Virus record (IMG/VR): IMGVR_UViG_3300042523_000478
Span: 27,987 to 91,986 of that record
DNA length: 64,000 nt
Direction: 5' to 3' (one strand)
From: a virus
In this document: piece after piece, positions 10,625-20,959 of the stretch
Layout of the letters: each line of letters starts with the position of its first letter
Numbering within the stretch: the first letter of the stretch is position 1
Notes under the pieces: model-generated
Databases searched by the model: none
Told to the model about the DNA's origin: nothing
What the model saw: only the letters and a program-made list of their open reading frames with translations
Program-made: the position numbers and the translations under genes

Positions 10625-11004
10625 TGAAACTTTACAATAACTATAATAAACTTATTCTTGAAATAGCTTCAATAAATAATATTGTAGACGCTATTAAGAA
10701 AAGGCAGCGTGTTATTGTTTATTATGAAGGAGATGAACCAGGGGGAAAAGGATTAAGAATTGTTGAGCCGGTTTGTTTTGGTTATAGTAAAGCAGGTAAT
10801 CCAGTTTTACGGGCGTGGGATTTAGAAGGGGCTTCTCACAGGGCTTATCTTGGTAAAAAACCTCTACCTAGTTGGAGATTATTTAGAGTAGACAAGGTAA
10901 TTACTTTTAAACCAACAACCGAGACATTTAATGAGGCAAGACCAAATTATAATCCGTCTGGTGATAAAAGTATGACTAAAGTCATTATAAACGCAGTATT
11001 TTAA
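10624..11004 (+). CDS. Stand-alone WYL-domain protein
   Basis: Pattern AI..RQRVIVYY...RIVEP......LRAWDL...WRLFRVDKV is typical of WYL domains. Confidence 0.75.
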   Translation: MKLYNNYNKLILEIASINNIVDAIKKRQRVIVYYEGDEPGGKGLRIVEPVCFGYSKAGNPVLRAWDLEGASHRAYLGKKPLPSWRLFRVDKVITFKPTTETFNEARPNYNPSGDKSMTKVIINAVF

Positions 11005-11008
11005 TTAT

Positions 11009-11644
11009 ATGAATAACGAAGACCAATTATTACAAAAATTAATGATATCCAAAAAAATTATGGAAAAACATAACGAAATGGGTAGAGGAAATGGAGGTTC
11101 TATGAATATGGACCGTCCTGTGGTTGAGGAGTATCGACCAGTTAACGCAAAATATAACGTTCCCCAAGAATATTTACAAGAATCGGAACAAACACAACAA
11201 CCTTATTTATCTGAATTACCAAGAGAAAATACTAAACCTGTTGGATCTCCTACTACGGACGCAATTAAAAACTCTAGATTGCCGGATGAAATAAAAAGAT
11301 TAATGATGGAACACCCAATACAACAACCAACTATGGGAGTTAATACAAGTGCAACATTGTCTAATGATTTGATAGAAAGAGCGTCTAGATTAATGAATAC
11401 AAAACCAAATGGTAGTTTAATAGAAAATACTACGGTTAAAAAACAACAACCACAAAATTTATCACTTAATTCTATTAATGCTGATGATATTAAAAGTATT
11501 GTAAGAGAAACTGTTCAGGATGTGTTAAGAGAGAATGGTCTTTTAATTGAGTCAACATCAAACAGTAACGAACTTTTTAAATTTAAAGTAGGGCAACATT
11601 TGTTTGAGGGTAAATTAACAAGTGTTAAGAAAGTTGCTAAATAA
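11009..11644 (+). CDS. Hypothetical protein
   Basis: ORF track; followed by a terminator. Confidence 0.7.
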   Translation: MNNEDQLLQKLMISKKIMEKHNEMGRGNGGSMNMDRPVVEEYRPVNAKYNVPQEYLQESEQTQQPYLSELPRENTKPVGSPTTDAIKNSRLPDEIKRLMMEHPIQQPTMGVNTSATLSNDLIERASRLMNTKPNGSLIENTTVKKQQPQNLSLNSINADDIKSIVRETVQDVLRENGLLIESTSNSNELFKFKVGQHLFEGKLTSVKKVAK

Positions 11645-11663
11645 ATTTACTTAAAATTAATTT

Positions 11664-11698
11664 ATCCCATTCTCTTTGAGTTTGGGATTTTTTTATTT
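11664..11698 (+). terminator. Rho-independent terminator
   Basis: ATCCCA-TTCTC..GAG-TTTGGGAT followed by a T-run. Confidence 0.55.
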
Positions 11699-11741
11699 TA
11701 TGGGTTGATATTTTTACAATATTTAAGTATCTTTTCCTTAT

Positions 11742-12956
11742 ATGGAAAAAATCAATGTACTAGTACTCCCTTCAGACCAATCAGGTGTTGGTAAATTTAG
11801 GTCAACTGACCCCCACATTAAATTACAGAATATGTATCCAGATGATTTCCATGTGGATATTGAGTATCAACCAAATGTAAACGACATTAATTTTTGGAAA
11901 AAATATCAAATTGTACATTTCCATAGAACAATTGGGTCTGATTACGATAACACACCTATACTTATTAAGCAATTACAAGCTATGGGAATTGTTGTTGTTG
12001 GTGATATAGATGATTATTGGTTACCAACAAAAGAACACCCGATTCACCAATTAATTATTCAAAATAAATTATACGAAAAAATTGTTGCAAATTTAAAAGT
12101 TGCCGATTATGTTATTACAACAACAGAAATTTTTGCCAATGAAATAAGAAAATTTAATAAAAATGTAATTGTTTTGCCAAATGCAATCGACCCGAATGAT
12201 CCACAGTTTAATGAACCAACATTACCTTCAGAAAAAATTAGAGTTGGTTGGTTAGGTGGTTCATCACATTTACACGATTTAAAATTACTTGATGGAACAG
12301 TTTCAAAACTATCACAACAACAAGATAAGTTACAATTTTATCTTTGTGGGTTTGATATAAGAGGTACCGTTACCGAAATAAATCAACAAACAGGAGAAAA
12401 AACTCAAAGACCTATTAAACCTGAAGAAACCGTTTGGGTTAAATATGAACAAATATTTACTAATGATTACAAAATAATAACACCAACATATAAAGATTAT
12501 CTTAATACTTTTGTTGAGAATGATTACTCTGGTGTTGAAAATGAAAATTATGTTCGTGTTTGGACTCGTCCTGTAAGCTCATACGCAAAAAACTATTCCA
12601 AGTTTGATATATCACTAGCTCCTATTAAAAATCACATCTTTAATAGAATGAAATCACAATTAAAAGTTATTGAGGCTGGGTTCTATAAAAAAGCATTAAT
12701 CGCTTCAAATGTTGGTCCATATACCATTGATTTAAAACACGCACTAGATAAAGGTCAATTTACCGACGGTAACGCTTTATTAGTTAATGAAAATAACAAC
12801 CATAGTGATTGGGCAAAAAATATTAAGAAATTGGTTGACAATCCAAATATGATTGTTGATCTTGGTGAGAGGTTGTATGAAACAGTAAGTGTTAAATATA
12901 ATCTTAATTTTGTGACGGCCGAACGTGCATCTTTTTACAAATCTTTAATAAAATAA
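11742..12956 (+). CDS. GT-B (GT4-like) glycosyltransferase
   Basis: DIDDYW, ADYVITTT, VLPNAID, GWLGGSSH, DISLAP..FNRMKSQLKVIE..IASNVGPY. Confidence 0.8.
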   Translation: MEKINVLVLPSDQSGVGKFRSTDPHIKLQNMYPDDFHVDIEYQPNVNDINFWKKYQIVHFHRTIGSDYDNTPILIKQLQAMGIVVVGDIDDYWLPTKEHPIHQLIIQNKLYEKIVANLKVADYVITTTEIFANEIRKFNKNVIVLPNAIDPNDPQFNEPTLPSEKIRVGWLGGSSHLHDLKLLDGTVSKLSQQQDKLQFYLCGFDIRGTVTEINQQTGEKTQRPIKPEETVWVKYEQIFTNDYKIITPTYKDYLNTFVENDYSGVENENYVRVWTRPVSSYAKNYSKFDISLAPIKNHIFNRMKSQLKVIEAGFYKKALIASNVGPYTIDLKHALDKGQFTDGNALLVNENNNHSDWAKNIKKLVDNPNMIVDLGERLYETVSVKYNLNFVTAERASFYKSLIK

Positions 12957-12959
12957 TTT

Positions 12960-13679
12960 ATGATTAATATACCTATAACAAAAATTTTGTTTCTTGATAT
13001 AGAAACAGTTGGTGGATGTAAGGACTGGGAAAATTGTCAAGAAAATAATCCAGGAGTTGCAAGTCAATTTGAAAAATATTTTGATTGGTTCCTAAAAAGA
13101 TTTCCTGAAGATAATTTAAACAACCAAGATGAAAATCAATTAAAAAATACGGTGTTTGTAAAAAGAGCCGCTTTAGTTCCAGAGTTTGCAAAAATTGTAT
13201 GTGTTTCTATGGCGTTTGTTATGGATAATGGTGACATTAAAAAACAAACTTTTTCTGGTGATGATGAAAAAAAACTTTTAAGTGATGTAAGAAATCTTTT
13301 AGATAGATGTCACAAGTTGGATTTTTATCTTTGTGGTCACAACCTTAAAAACTTTGACATACCTATGTTGGCAAAACGAATGATTATAAATGGAATTATG
13401 CCTTCAAAGATTCTACCTTCTTACGATACAAAACCTTGGGAAGTAAAGGCGATTGATACTAAAGAAATATGGCAATACGGATCATATACCTCAATTGGTT
13501 CTTTAGATCTTATGTGTACTTGTCTTGACATACCAACACCAAAAGACGGTGAAGTAACCGGAGATAAAGTACATCATGCATACTGGAATGAAAATAAATT
13601 AGAGGCAATCTCAGAATATTGTGAGAAAGATGTTAATGTTTTGATTGACACTATAAAAAAATTAAAAGAATTAAAATAA
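12960..13679 (+). CDS. 3'-5' exonuclease related to the PolB exonuclease domain
   Basis: DEDD motifs FLDIETV, GHNLKNFDIP and EYCEKDV. Confidence 0.85.
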   Translation: MINIPITKILFLDIETVGGCKDWENCQENNPGVASQFEKYFDWFLKRFPEDNLNNQDENQLKNTVFVKRAALVPEFAKIVCVSMAFVMDNGDIKKQTFSGDDEKKLLSDVRNLLDRCHKLDFYLCGHNLKNFDIPMLAKRMIINGIMPSKILPSYDTKPWEVKAIDTKEIWQYGSYTSIGSLDLMCTCLDIPTPKDGEVTGDKVHHAYWNENKLEAISEYCEKDVNVLIDTIKKLKELK

Positions 13680-14236
13680 TGGGAATAGAAGATTTGTTTG
13701 AAGATTCAATAGAGGACACTGACTACAATCAAATAATTGAGGAGTATGGTCTTGATGTTAAACAACTTGAGAAGGATATGGGAATTTATCAACCTACAAT
13801 GGATTTAAGGTTCTCCTTCTCAAATGAAGGATCAATTACACCTAAATACGCATACCCTACAGATTCAGGTATGGATTTATATTCAACTGAAGATATTGAT
13901 GTAGACCCTTTTGGTAGAGTTTTAGTTCCAACTGGAGTTCATTTTGATATTCCAGAAAATTACGAAATACAAGTAAGAACTAAAAGTGGTTTAGCTCTTA
14001 ACCAGGGATTAATGGTTTTAAATAGTCCTGGCACTGTAGATCAAGGTTATACGGGAGAAATTAAAGTTATTTTGATGAATATGAATAACGAAGTAATCAC
14101 CGTAAATAAAGGACAAAAAATTGCACAAGCGGTTCTATGTCCAGTGGTTTCAGGTAAATGGGTTAAATTAATTGAGGTTAAAAAATTAGAAAATAAAGAA
14201 AGAAGCGATAACGGCTTCGGATCAACAGGAATTTAA
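13679..14236 (+). CDS. dut: Trimeric dUTPase
   Basis: SGMDL, RTKSGLA, NSPGTVDQGYTGEI, KIAQAV, RSDNGFGSTG motifs. Confidence 0.95.
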   Translation: MGIEDLFEDSIEDTDYNQIIEEYGLDVKQLEKDMGIYQPTMDLRFSFSNEGSITPKYAYPTDSGMDLYSTEDIDVDPFGRVLVPTGVHFDIPENYEIQVRTKSGLALNQGLMVLNSPGTVDQGYTGEIKVILMNMNNEVITVNKGQKIAQAVLCPVVSGKWVKLIEVKKLENKERSDNGFGSTGI

Positions 14237-14239
14237 ATC

Positions 14240-14953
14240 ATGAGAGTTGCGTTAGTTTGCATTGCAAAAAATGAAGAATTATATATCCAAGAGTGGATTG
14301 ATTATAATAAAAAATTAGGGTTTGATGATATAATCATTTACCAAAATGACTGGAGATGGTCAGGTGAGAACGATAACGTTCATAAAATAGATTTTGATGG
14401 GTTAAATAAACAAAGAGACGCATATAATCACTTTATTAAACATAATGTTAATAATTTTGATTGGGTTGCATTTTTTGATGTTGATGAGTTTTTAGTTTTA
14501 AAAAAACATGATAATATCAAATCTTTTCTTTCCGACTATGAGGAATTTCCGGCCGTAGGAATAAATTGGGTGTTATTTGGTGATAATGGACATAAAACCG
14601 TTAACGGTGATTATAACGTAGTAAAAAGATTTACTAAAAGACAGAAAGATGTGAATTTACACGTTAAATGTATTGTAAAATTAACACCAACAACACATAT
14701 GAGTGTTCATAACCCGAGTTCTGTTTGGGTTGACACCCATAAACGACAAAATACAGGTCCATTTACTCAAATACACACTGACGATATTGCGCAGATAAAC
14801 CACTATTTTTGTAAAACACAAGAGGAATTCCAATTAAAATGTGACAGAGGTAGGGCAGATATGTTTAATACTAAACGAAACATAGGTGAGTTTGAACCTC
14901 ACAACACTAACGACACGGAAGACTTAACCGCATATAATTTCTTTTACAAATGA
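14240..14953 (+). CDS. Glycosyltransferase (GT2/GT92-like)
   Basis: IAKNEELYIQEWI, WVAFFDVDEFL, INHYF motifs. Confidence 0.8.
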   Translation: MRVALVCIAKNEELYIQEWIDYNKKLGFDDIIIYQNDWRWSGENDNVHKIDFDGLNKQRDAYNHFIKHNVNNFDWVAFFDVDEFLVLKKHDNIKSFLSDYEEFPAVGINWVLFGDNGHKTVNGDYNVVKRFTKRQKDVNLHVKCIVKLTPTTHMSVHNPSSVWVDTHKRQNTGPFTQIHTDDIAQINHYFCKTQEEFQLKCDRGRADMFNTKRNIGEFEPHNTNDTEDLTAYNFFYK

Positions 14954-16461
14954 TAACAATAGTTTACTCAACACATAAGGATTCAAACCACAATAGTAAA
15001 TTTCAAAAACATCTAAGGGATACTGTTGGGTTAAAGGACGTTCAAATTTTAGAATTTGAGAATCATAATCAATTCTCATTATCTCAAGTTTATAACAGTG
15101 GTATTACAGAATCAATATATGATATTGTAGTTTGTTGTCATAACGACATTAAACTTGAGAAAGGTTGGGGTAAAAAATTACTAAGGGATTTTGAAGATAA
15201 CTCCGACTACGGTATTATTGGTAAGGCCGGTTCTTGTTATTTTCCTGAGTCAGGAGTTTACTGGGAAAGATTAAAACAAACTATGGTTGGTCAAGTTTAT
15301 CATCACCCTAAAGGTCATAACAAATGGTTAAGTAAATATTCCTCTAAATTGCCATTTTTAATTCCAGTTGTAACAATTGATGGTCTTTTTATTTCGTTTA
15401 ATAAAACAAAAATAAAACACACCTTTGACGAGTCAATTGGTAAATTTCACTTTTATGACCATTTATTTTGTATTCCAAATTATATAGATGGAGTAAAAAT
15501 TGGAGTGACTTCGTCTTTTGAAATCACTCACGAATCTGTTGGCCAACCAAATCAAGAGTTCTGGGAAAGTAAGGAAAAATTTGTTGAGAAGTGGGGTAAT
15601 AATTTACCTTTAGATTTAAAACCTGAGATTCCATACGTACCAACAATTAAAATAAAACAATTAAAAAATGTTGGTAAGATTGCGATAATAATACCAACAA
15701 AAGGTAACACACAAATGTTATTTGATTGTGTTAATTCATTTTACCAACAATGTGATTCAAAATTATTTGATGTTTTTATTGCGGATACCGGGTCAACAAA
15801 CGAAGAAAAAGAATGGGTAAAAGAAAAAATACTCCCAATGGGGAATATAAAATTAATTGAATATGATTATTATAATTTTGCAAAAATAAATAATGATGTT
15901 GTTAAAAACCATATTGGTAAAGAATATGAATTTTTACTTTTTTGTAATAATGATATTAAAATATTAAATAATGTTATTTATGGAATGTTAAAGGTTTTTA
16001 AAACATACCCTAAAACTGGAACTGTGGGGGCTAGGCTTCATTTTGAGGATGGCACAATCCAACATAATGGAATAATAGCCTTTTTTGACTCAAACAAAAT
16101 TGTACAATTATCTCACATTGGCCTAAGAAATTATTACAATTATTCCACAGGAGTTAATCCGGTTATTGGTAATACTGCGGCATTAATGATGATAAGAAAA
16201 AGTTTATTTGAATCTTGTGGATTTTTTAATGAGGGTTACCAAACGTGTTTTGAAGACGTGGAATTAAATGCAAAATGTATCATAAAGGGTTATATTAATT
16301 ATTGTGATAGTTCTTCAGTTTCTTATCATTTAGAAAGTGAAACAAGAAAAAAAGATACAGAAAAAAACGAAAAAGAAAGAAATGATTATGCGGAATTACT
16401 TTATCCATTTATGCTTAATCACGTTAAAGAATTAAAAAATTTCTTTTATCAAAATAAATAA
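14950..16461 (+). CDS. Two-domain GT-A (GT2-like) glycosyltransferase
   Basis: N-domain CCHND...IDG...FHFYD; C-domain IIIPT..DTGS..NFAKINN..FCNND..FEDVEL. Confidence 0.85.
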   Translation: MITIVYSTHKDSNHNSKFQKHLRDTVGLKDVQILEFENHNQFSLSQVYNSGITESIYDIVVCCHNDIKLEKGWGKKLLRDFEDNSDYGIIGKAGSCYFPESGVYWERLKQTMVGQVYHHPKGHNKWLSKYSSKLPFLIPVVTIDGLFISFNKTKIKHTFDESIGKFHFYDHLFCIPNYIDGVKIGVTSSFEITHESVGQPNQEFWESKEKFVEKWGNNLPLDLKPEIPYVPTIKIKQLKNVGKIAIIIPTKGNTQMLFDCVNSFYQQCDSKLFDVFIADTGSTNEEKEWVKEKILPMGNIKLIEYDYYNFAKINNDVVKNHIGKEYEFLLFCNNDIKILNNVIYGMLKVFKTYPKTGTVGARLHFEDGTIQHNGIIAFFDSNKIVQLSHIGLRNYYNYSTGVNPVIGNTAALMMIRKSLFESCGFFNEGYQTCFEDVELNAKCIIKGYINYCDSSSVSYHLESETRKKDTEKNEKERNDYAELLYPFMLNHVKELKNFFYQNK

Positions 16462-16480
16462 ATAATATAAAAATAAAAGT

Positions 16481-17248
16481 ATGAAGTTAGGAATTAGTTA
16501 TAATGTTTTTGATGGAGAAGAACTATTAGAAGATTCAATAAAACAAATAAGAAGTGAGGTTGATTACATAAGTGTGGTATATCAAACAACCTCAAATTTG
16601 GGTAATGGATGTGATGAAAATTTAGAACCTCTTTTAAATAGATTAGTTTCAGAAAAACTTATAGACCATTTAGATAAATATTCACCTTTTGGTATGAACC
16701 CTCACCATTGTGAAATAACAAAAAGAAATATAGGACTTGAGTTGTCAAAAAAGAATGGATGCACACATCATATGTCAATGGACACTGACGAATATTACGA
16801 TATAAATGAATTTATAAAAATTAAAAACATAATACAAAAGAATGATTACGATTCTTCGTATTGTCAAATGAAGACTTATTATAAAACTTGGGAATACCAA
16901 TTAGATCCACCTGAAGAATATTATGTATCTTTAATTTTTAAGATAAAAGAAAAATCTAATTACGTTTTTGGATATAGCTCACCTGTGTTAGTAGATCCTA
17001 CAAGGAGAATGTCTGATATTACCAACCCAGTTGTTTTTAGTAGGGACCAAATTGAAATGCATCACGGATCCTACATTAGGAACGACATAAAAAGAAAATT
17101 ATTAAACAGTTCCGCTTTCGTTAATTTCAAAGACGAGGTAAGTAAAATTGTTAATCATTATAACATTTGGAAGTTCCCAAATAAAGTTTTGTGGGGAGGT
17201 AAACCAAGTAAGTTATTAAATGTCATAAAAGTAAAAAATAAATTTTAG
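16481..17248 (+). CDS. GT-A-like glycosyltransferase
   Basis: FDGEELL...KRNIGLE...MDTDEYY DxD motif. Confidence 0.6.
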   Translation: MKLGISYNVFDGEELLEDSIKQIRSEVDYISVVYQTTSNLGNGCDENLEPLLNRLVSEKLIDHLDKYSPFGMNPHHCEITKRNIGLELSKKNGCTHHMSMDTDEYYDINEFIKIKNIIQKNDYDSSYCQMKTYYKTWEYQLDPPEEYYVSLIFKIKEKSNYVFGYSSPVLVDPTRRMSDITNPVVFSRDQIEMHHGSYIRNDIKRKLLNSSAFVNFKDEVSKIVNHYNIWKFPNKVLWGGKPSKLLNVIKVKNKF

Positions 17249-17249
17249 T

Positions 17250-17864
17250 ATGGAAAATTATTGGGAAGAAAGTTTAAGTTTTAAAATACAACAAAAAAAG
17301 AATGAATGGATTTCTTTTATTAAAGAAATATCCAAAAATGGTAAACTAAAAAATTGTTTAGAGATAGGTTGTTATGATGGGGGTACAACTGTATTTTTAT
17401 CTAATTTTTTTGAAAACCTTATAACCATAGATCAACAAATACAACCTAGATTTGATGAATTTAAATACACACATAATAACTCTAATTTATTTGGTTCCGA
17501 ATATATAAAAACAAAATGCAATTTTAACTATATTTCAGGAAGTAGTCACGATAAAAATACCTATGATAAAGTAAAAAACACACTTAATGGTAATAAATTA
17601 GATTTACTTTTTATTGATGGAGACCATTCATATAACGGAGTTAAGTTAGACTTCAATATGTATTATGATTTTGTCAAAGATGGTGGTATAATTGCTTTTC
17701 ACGATATTCATAGGAGTAATTTTCACGAAAATCACGGATGTTACGTTCACGATTTTTGGGATGAATTGATTGAAGATGGTAAAAATAACATTGTTTTCTT
17801 TGACTCGGATGCAAGTGATTTGTGGGGTGGTATTGGTTTAATTTACAAAACAAAAAATATTTAA
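17250..17864 (+). CDS. Class I SAM-dependent methyltransferase (Methyltransf_24-like)
   Basis: LEIGCYDGGT, LLFIDGDHSY, GGIIAFHD. Confidence 0.85.
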   Translation: MENYWEESLSFKIQQKKNEWISFIKEISKNGKLKNCLEIGCYDGGTTVFLSNFFENLITIDQQIQPRFDEFKYTHNNSNLFGSEYIKTKCNFNYISGSSHDKNTYDKVKNTLNGNKLDLLFIDGDHSYNGVKLDFNMYYDFVKDGGIIAFHDIHRSNFHENHGCYVHDFWDELIEDGKNNIVFFDSDASDLWGGIGLIYKTKNI

Positions 17865-17866
17865 AT

Positions 17867-18661
17867 ATGATTTACGATGGTTTAGTTTTTTATTCTTCCT
17901 TTTTTCCTGATGAAAAAAATATTTTCAGAGGTGAAAAATTTTTAACCACTATGGTAGAAAAATTTAAAAACCATTTAATATTTGTTGGTATTCAAACCGA
18001 TACGATAAATACTTGGTTAGAAATATTAGAAAAATATAAAAATAGTGGTTTGAATATTATATACGAAAGGTGTAATCCTGAACTATACGTAAATTCAGAT
18101 GTTGCGGGATATCAAAAGGCGTTAGAATTATTTTACTTAAATAAAGAAAATATAAAAGTAAAAGACAATAGTCTTGCGTGGTTTGGACACAGTAAAGGTG
18201 TTACAACTAATGAAATGTCTTGTCATAACTGGATGTTTGAGAATTTTTGGGGTAAACCAGAATTAATTATGGAAAAACTTTTTAGTAATAATTCTTATGG
18301 TTGTTATGGAACACATTTAAGTTTTTTACCAATATACGACACTAAAAAAATAAAAGACATTTGGACATCTTATTGTGATTTTACTTTTATAAAAAAACCT
18401 ATAAAATTTATGTATGTTAATACATTTTTTGTTATTAAAAGTGAAATTTTTTTAAAAATGATTAATAATTTAAGTAAAAAATTTTTATACAAAAAAATTA
18501 ATGGTGTTCACGGTGGTGAGGGTGATAGATATTTTTTTGAAAGAGATTTTATACATTTTGTTGATATGATGGGTTATGAACCAATATTTGAGACTTACGG
18601 ACCAAATGTTACTTGGGGGGAAGTTAATCCAGATGAATACTATAAACATTTAAATGAATGA
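17867..18661 (+). CDS. Hypothetical glycan-related protein
   Basis: Probable start is the ATG just after the upstream stop (MIYDG); HSKG and RYFFER motifs; lies in the glycosylation operon. Confidence 0.5.
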   Translation: MIYDGLVFYSSFFPDEKNIFRGEKFLTTMVEKFKNHLIFVGIQTDTINTWLEILEKYKNSGLNIIYERCNPELYVNSDVAGYQKALELFYLNKENIKVKDNSLAWFGHSKGVTTNEMSCHNWMFENFWGKPELIMEKLFSNNSYGCYGTHLSFLPIYDTKKIKDIWTSYCDFTFIKKPIKFMYVNTFFVIKSEIFLKMINNLSKKFLYKKINGVHGGEGDRYFFERDFIHFVDMMGYEPIFETYGPNVTWGEVNPDEYYKHLNE

Positions 18662-19340
18662 AAAAAAAATGAAATTACTAATTAAATTCCCAACAAGGGG
18701 TAGAAAAGAACTTTTTTTTAAAGTACTTGATAAATATTACGAATTATTAGACGATATTGATAATACAATATTTGTAATTACTTGTGATTTAGACGATAAA
18801 GAAATGAATGATGAATCTGTGATAAAAAAATTAGAAACTTATAAAAATTTATTTTTTTATTTTGGTAATTCTAAAACAAAAATAGAGGCGGTAAATTCAG
18901 ATTTAGATAAACATAATGATTATGATATTATTTTATTAGCTTCGGATGATATGATACCACAAGTTAAAGGTTACGATAGTATCATTAGAAATAATATGAA
19001 TGAATTTTACCCGGATACTGATGGTGTTTTATGGTATTATGATGGATACAGAAGTGATTTAAATACTCTTAGTATTTTAGGTAAAACATATTATAAACGT
19101 TTTAATTATATTTACCATCCTAGTTATGTTTCTTTTTATGCCGACAACGAATTTATGTTAGTCGCTAAAAGTTTAAACAAACAAACATATTTTAATAATT
19201 GTATAATTAAACATTTTCATCCAGATATTACAAAAGATGTTCACAATGAATATGATGAAACTTACATAAAAAACAATGTAAGTGGTGATGAAAAAATTTA
19301 CCAAAAAAGATTAATAAACAATTTTAATAAACAATTTTAA
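18654..19340 (+). CDS. GT-A (GT2-like) glycosyltransferase
   Basis: FPTRGR, LASDDMIP, FYADNE, IIKHFHP. Confidence 0.7.
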   Translation: MNEKKMKLLIKFPTRGRKELFFKVLDKYYELLDDIDNTIFVITCDLDDKEMNDESVIKKLETYKNLFFYFGNSKTKIEAVNSDLDKHNDYDIILLASDDMIPQVKGYDSIIRNNMNEFYPDTDGVLWYYDGYRSDLNTLSILGKTYYKRFNYIYHPSYVSFYADNEFMLVAKSLNKQTYFNNCIIKHFHPDITKDVHNEYDETYIKNNVSGDEKIYQKRLINNFNKQF

Positions 19341-19352
19341 TATTAAATAAAG

Positions 19353-19982
19353 ATGTATTACGGACAAAATAATGAAGACAAAATAATTAATGATTATATT
19401 TTGGAAAAACACGGACCAGATTATATTGGTACTGTTTTAGAAATTGGGGCAAATGATGGCATAACCCTTAGTAACTCAAAATTTTTTAGGGATCTTGGTT
19501 GGCAAGGTTTTTTAGTTGAGGCAGGGAAAAAACCTTTTGATAAATTAGTTGAAAACGTTTTAGGAAATAGTAAATGTTATAATGTTGCATTAGGTTCTGA
19601 AAATTGTAAATTAAAATTTTATGAAAGTGGTAAACAACTTGGGGAAAAGGACACGGGGTTAGTATCGTCTCTTATTATGGATGAAACTTTTAGGTGGAGA
19701 CGTAGTGGTGTAACCTATGAAGAAAACGAAGTAGAATGTTTAACCTGGAATTCTTTTTTAGAAAAATACAATCTTACAGAACAAAGTTTTAACATAATTA
19801 GTATTGATATTGAAGGAATGGATTATATAGTTCTTAATCAAATTGATTTAAACAAAGTAAATTGTGAGGTTGTTTGTGTTGAGTTTAATGGTAAACAAAA
19901 AGACCTTTTTGTTAATTATTGTCAAAAATTCAATATGAATTTAATACACCAAAACGGTGAAAACTTAATTTTTGTAAAATAA
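19353..19982 (+). CDS. FkbM-family methyltransferase
   Basis: YGQNNED, LEIGANDGITLSNS, SIDIEGMD. Confidence 0.85.
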   Translation: MYYGQNNEDKIINDYILEKHGPDYIGTVLEIGANDGITLSNSKFFRDLGWQGFLVEAGKKPFDKLVENVLGNSKCYNVALGSENCKLKFYESGKQLGEKDTGLVSSLIMDETFRWRRSGVTYEENEVECLTWNSFLEKYNLTEQSFNIISIDIEGMDYIVLNQIDLNKVNCEVVCVEFNGKQKDLFVNYCQKFNMNLIHQNGENLIFVK

Positions 19983-20002
19983 TAATAAAACCATATAAAC
20001 AT

Positions 20003-20959
20003 TTGAATAATAATAAAATGAATCCACACAAATCTTTAATAGAAAAACTAAATTCTAAAAACTATAACACATCTGAAAAAACGTATGACGAGGACTTCTA
20101 TACGGACAATATTTTTGACTTATTAGAAGATGAATCAATAAATAACTTAAAAGGGGGATTTAATAGTCCATCAGATAATTTTAATAGATTTAAAGATATT
20201 ATATCTGACCCAAACAATTTGTATATTAATAGAGTAGAAAATGCAGGTACTGTTGAAAACGGAATTATTACTTTACATAATGGTATAAAACTTAGTACTG
20301 AATATTACGGTAACTTTATTGAGATATTAAAATATAATTTAGGTGTTCACGAACCATCCGAAGAAAGAGCGTTTCAAAAAGTTTTAACTAAACTAGACAA
20401 AGGTTCTATTATGATTGAATTAGGTAGTTACTGGTCAATGTACTCAATATGGTTTATGAAAGCAATTGAAGATTCAATCTCTTACTGTATTGAACCTGAC
20501 GCTAATAATATGAGGGTTGGAATTAAAAATTTTGAAATTAACGAATTAAAACCAAATTTTATACAAGGCAAAATTTCTAAATCCGATTTTAACCCACTAA
20601 CGTTCTTTTTAAAAAATAATTTAGAAAAAATAGATATATTACATAGTGACATTCAAGGATATGAGGTAGAGATGTTGGATATGATACAACCTTATCTTTC
20701 TGAAAAAAAAATAAAATATTTATTTATTAGTACACACAGTAATCCACTTCATTATGAGTGTATTTCTTTTTTAAAAAAAAATGGGTATAAAATTTTATCT
20801 TCGTGTGATTTTGATAACGAATCTTTTCAATATGATGGTTTTATACTATCTTGTCCAGATAACTTATATGAGATTGATGAATTTAAAATCGGTAACAGAA
20901 GTAAAACTGAGTTAATTAGTGATCAAGAATTAAATAAAATTATTAATAATAAATTATGA
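20003..20959 (+). CDS. FkbM-like methyltransferase
   Basis: MIELGSYW, ILHSDIQGYE, FISTHS. Confidence 0.75.
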   Translation: MNNNKMNPHKSLIEKLNSKNYNTSEKTYDEDFYTDNIFDLLEDESINNLKGGFNSPSDNFNRFKDIISDPNNLYINRVENAGTVENGIITLHNGIKLSTEYYGNFIEILKYNLGVHEPSEERAFQKVLTKLDKGSIMIELGSYWSMYSIWFMKAIEDSISYCIEPDANNMRVGIKNFEINELKPNFIQGKISKSDFNPLTFFLKNNLEKIDILHSDIQGYEVEMLDMIQPYLSEKKIKYLFISTHSNPLHYECISFLKKNGYKILSSCDFDNESFQYDGFILSCPDNLYEIDEFKIGNRSKTELISDQELNKIINNKL

